A stretch of DNA of 64,000 bases from Antedon mediterranea. Taxonomy: Eukaryota > Animalia > Echinodermata. Position 1 is the first letter of the stretch. Every line of letters begins with the position of its first letter. The notes below the pieces were generated by a model. It saw only the letters and a list, made by a program, of their open reading frames with translations, was not told where the DNA came from and did no database searches. The DNA is taken from the NCBI RefSeq assembly GCF_964355755.1, contig NC_092680.1, positions 124,001 through 188,000 of the forward strand, in the 5' to 3' direction. The position numbers and the translations under genes are program-made. This document shows positions 38,730-64,000 of this stretch, in pieces.

Positions 38730-39759
38730 CTGATGAACGAACAATTACGGTATAGCTTTAGGTTGCCAAAATATACATTGTATCGATAAAATCTCTTTTG
38801 CCAATGTAAAGATTTTTCATTCATTTATTTTGTCTCCATAAAAATACAATTTACAAAACATGGACAAAGAACAAGAAAAAAAAACACGAAAAAAAAACAG
38901 GCAAAGACAGGATTGTCAAAATAACCCACTACAGATTACTAGTATTAGGCCTAATGGTTTTGTATTGTATTTTAAACACTACCGTAATGTAACTTATCAT
39001 TGGCTTCAGAAGGAATAAGAAGGACAACAATATATACTTCCAAAATTCGACTGTACATTTTAGTGTGATTTGCAAACAGAATCGATGTGTGATGCACTAT
39101 CTGATGTTCGTCATGATGTGCAGTGCTAAAAAATAATAACTTGTATTATTATATTTGTTTTGTTTGGCTGTATAGACCTAAATTTTAAGAAAATTAATGG
39201 TATCTCAGTATTATTTTAATAACATCACAGTCTGTGAAAATGTAAATTTCATGATACGTAGGCCTAATATCAATTTAATTTCGGGACTCGTTAGTAATAA
39301 AATGAAACAAAGCATCTACTTAGTCGTTAAAGAAGACTTTATAGGAAGAATCCTACTTTATTTTAAATGATCATATTGTTTGGTTAACATAATACATACT
39401 GAATCACTTTATTAGGTTATCGATACATGCTGTGCCAAGCTCTTGGCATTGAATAGTAGATGTGTAGGTAGTTATTATGTAGTAGCGGAAAAACAATCCG
39501 CAAAACAAACTTTTTTTTTTATTTCTGCGGTTTTATCAATGAAGTCAGCAATTCCTATGTTTTCCAAAACGTATGCCCACTGTATGTAAGGCATATTTCA
39601 TACTATACTAAATACTTGGTAATACAATAGATCATTGTACCTGGATGGTGTCACCAAAGCCTGTGTTAGAAGGTATAAGTCTACACGTGTTGATTTACTG
39701 TATAATATGCCTAACTACTGTTATCACACATTTTTGAAGCGACTTGGGATATAAATGGA

Positions 39760-41470
39760 TAGACAGACAGACAAACCCCACACCTACTAAAAAAAATGGA
39801 GGAGCACATGGGCTTCTTTTCGAGGTTTTATGGCAGTCTACTTGTTTAGGCATAATGCCTGACATTTTCAATCTTCTAAATATCTCTCTTTCAAATAAAA
39901 GAAAAACAATATTCATTTTCCATTAAAAAAAATATATCCGTAGAGGTTCGAACCCAATCTAGAATCTAGATTTCCAGGGACCTTGCAGCTCTATTTTAAA
40001 CAGTTGGTGTGCCGTGCGTTGTTATGCAAATTAGTTTGTGCAGGTGTCGTGTAGTGAAGATGGTATTGTTAGTCATTCGTGGTTAACACGCCACACTGTT
40101 AAATTTTGATGTTGTTAATCTTTATTAGAAATTCAAATCATGTAAAGAAACAATTTTCCGGGCGGGAACCTAACATTATCACAATAATTATCATAGGTGA
40201 TTATGTTTTTCAAAGTTAAGTGCAATTTCCGGGAACCTTGCTCTATTTTCATTCTTAGCTCTGCCCCAACCATGGTTGGCTAGTAGGTCTAATGGAGACC
40301 TAATATTTAATTTCATATTTCAATAAATAGGTGCACTTTCCGGAGACAAGCTCTATTTCTATTGTCCTGTCTTATAGTTTGTTTCATATAATTTCAAATC
40401 ATGTAAAGTGCCATTTTCGGCCGAGAACCTAGCAGCTCTATTTTTAAAATTGTCTTTGCTCATCCCCGACCGTGGTGGGGTACTGAAGACTTTTACACAT
40501 TTTGTTTTAATTGATGTCATTTCCGGGGACATTGCAGCTCACATTTACCAAATTAATTAATTATTCACTTTAAAAAAAAATGGAATTAACAATTTATAGT
40601 TTTTAATATTGTTTGATCACTGTAAGTTACTTTATTTAAACGTTCATATCATTTTTTAAACCTATTACTTTACATTTAAGTGAGTAGTTTGTCTTATGGT
40701 TGTATTTTTTTTTAATGAATAAAAAAAAAATGTATTATTTAAAAAAAAATGTATCCGTAGAGGTTCAAACCCACGTACCCAATCTAAAGCTGAGAGCACT
40801 CAAACCTGAGCATTACCCGTTACGCCACAACGTACATGAGTGAACAGCTGATAGTAGTCTATTTATACATGTATTACGCAATTCATCATTACGTCATAAA
40901 TATCGTATTAACCTTTCTAAAACCAAATTGATCAGTTAGCTCAGTCGCCTGAGGGAATTGTGTTAACACACCGTATGTCGAGGGTTCGGTTCCCACGCTG
41001 GTCGGTGGAATAGAGTTAAGGCTATGCGAGTCACTGTGTTTGGGGTATAGATAATACGTCCCCCTTTCCACCACATATCATAAGGCGTCAACATCAATGC
41101 ATCTGATGATGTGCTGGAAACGACCCCAACAGGCTGTGGCAGGGCCTTAGTGCTGAGGCAGGGAGAGCACATTTAACATCTTTTTTTTTATTTCATTTTT
41201 TTCCAACCTGTATTCGATCTCGTAAATGTTATGTTTGGCGCCCTCAATTTTAAAAGAAATTAATAATTCTATTCGTTACGTATTTAGAATGGAATTTATA
41301 TTCATCGCAGAAATGAATGTCATACAACTTTGTTTCTGATTTTTTTTAAAGGTCCACTTGTTTAGGCGTGGCCTGACAGTTACAACCCTCTAAAATATCT
41401 CACTTTCAAAACAAAGAAAAAAAAGTCATTATTTGAAAAAAATATGTATCCGTAGAGGTTCGAACCCAAT
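39760..41470. mobile_element. Unclassified dispersed repeat with tRNA-like segments and internal repeats (partial second copy at ~37810-38025)
   Basis: 39785-39955 aligns with 37880-38025. TATCCGTAG(A/G)GGTTC(G/A)AAC recurs at ~38007, 39935, 40752 and 41447. TTTCC(A/G)GG..GCTCTATTT-type units recur between 39970 and 40545. A GACA microsatellite lies at the left end. Confidence 0.5.
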
Positions 41471-41971
41471 CTTATGTATGTCGCCCTCTATATGTAAAAT
41501 AAATCTTACTTCCGTGTTTTTCATCGTCGAGCCTTCCTACTTTTGTTCATTCATAAATTGAACACGGATTGGAATAACAGATTTTGCTTAAATACCGTTG
41601 AAAGTAGCACCGGTATTTATGGACCTTTCATCGCTTATAAATAATCTATTCAGATAGACACCGCAATATAATTATTTAAGAATACGATGATTTCAACTTG
41701 TTGATCTGTCAGTTGAATTCTTGTTCGTTGTTGCGTGTGTGATGTAGGCTATATAGGATAGGAAGAGAACAACAAACACTTTTTTAGTAGCCTAGGCCTA
41801 GTCTCTACCTGTTGCTGTTTGTCTATGTTACATTATATTTATGTGCTGTAGCTATTTTTGAATTTATGTAGAATATATTAAGAATCATATATTTATGAGT
41901 TTCTACTGTTTGTAACCAAATAAGAAGTTTGACGTTTCGTTTGGTGTTCAAGCCTAATCAGGAAACTAAAC

Positions 41972-63861
<21,890 letters not shown>

Positions 63862-64000
63862 GTGAGTGCTAATTAACAATGTTAGAAGGTGATATAAAGA
63901 AGGAAGTGCTTTGTATTATTGAGACATGTAGAAGGTGATATCAAGAAGGAAGTGCTTTACACTATAAAGAATGTAAAAGTTTTACTAATTCTACTAATAA

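Noticed and set aside
40935-41005. Functional tRNA gene
   Set aside because: A/B boxes are present but acceptor and anticodon stems do not pair convincingly; treated as repeat-derived.
41732-41738. TTGCGTG xenobiotic response element near the myosin 5' end
   Set aside because: A single 7-mer is expected by chance, and adjacency to ARNT is not evidence of regulation.

Overview
AT-rich, intron-containing animal genomic DNA. Gene structures and repeat style suggest a marine invertebrate, possibly an echinoderm such as a crinoid (inference only). Four loci were reconstructed by hand from splice sites and translations. (1) ARNT/HIF-1beta (+, 15 coding exons, 2265-26312). (2) METTL9 histidine N1-methyltransferase (+, 5 exons, 29493-34288). 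(3) A minus-strand secreted C-type lectin + PAN/apple-like gene with a 1-nt frameshift (35009-37073), with a decayed tandem paralog (38094-38729). (4) A long-tailed class I myosin, MYO1E/F-like (+, 41972 to beyond the window end), with a U12-type intron and two candidate microexons. Introns carry about 15 unrelated minisatellite arrays, several amplifying splice signals. They also carry non-autonomous elements: a Helitron, a Helentron/HINE-like element, PIF/Harbinger, hAT and Tc1/mariner MITEs, tRNA-derived SINE-like pieces and a LINE 3' end. The most striking signal is that single repeat units differ from their neighbours by exact TA->TACTGTA, TA->TACAGTA or TA->TACCGTA insertions, which match Tc1/mariner excision footprints. 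These heptamers are abundant throughout the non-coding DNA. The long ORFs in the supplied track are satellite artefacts.
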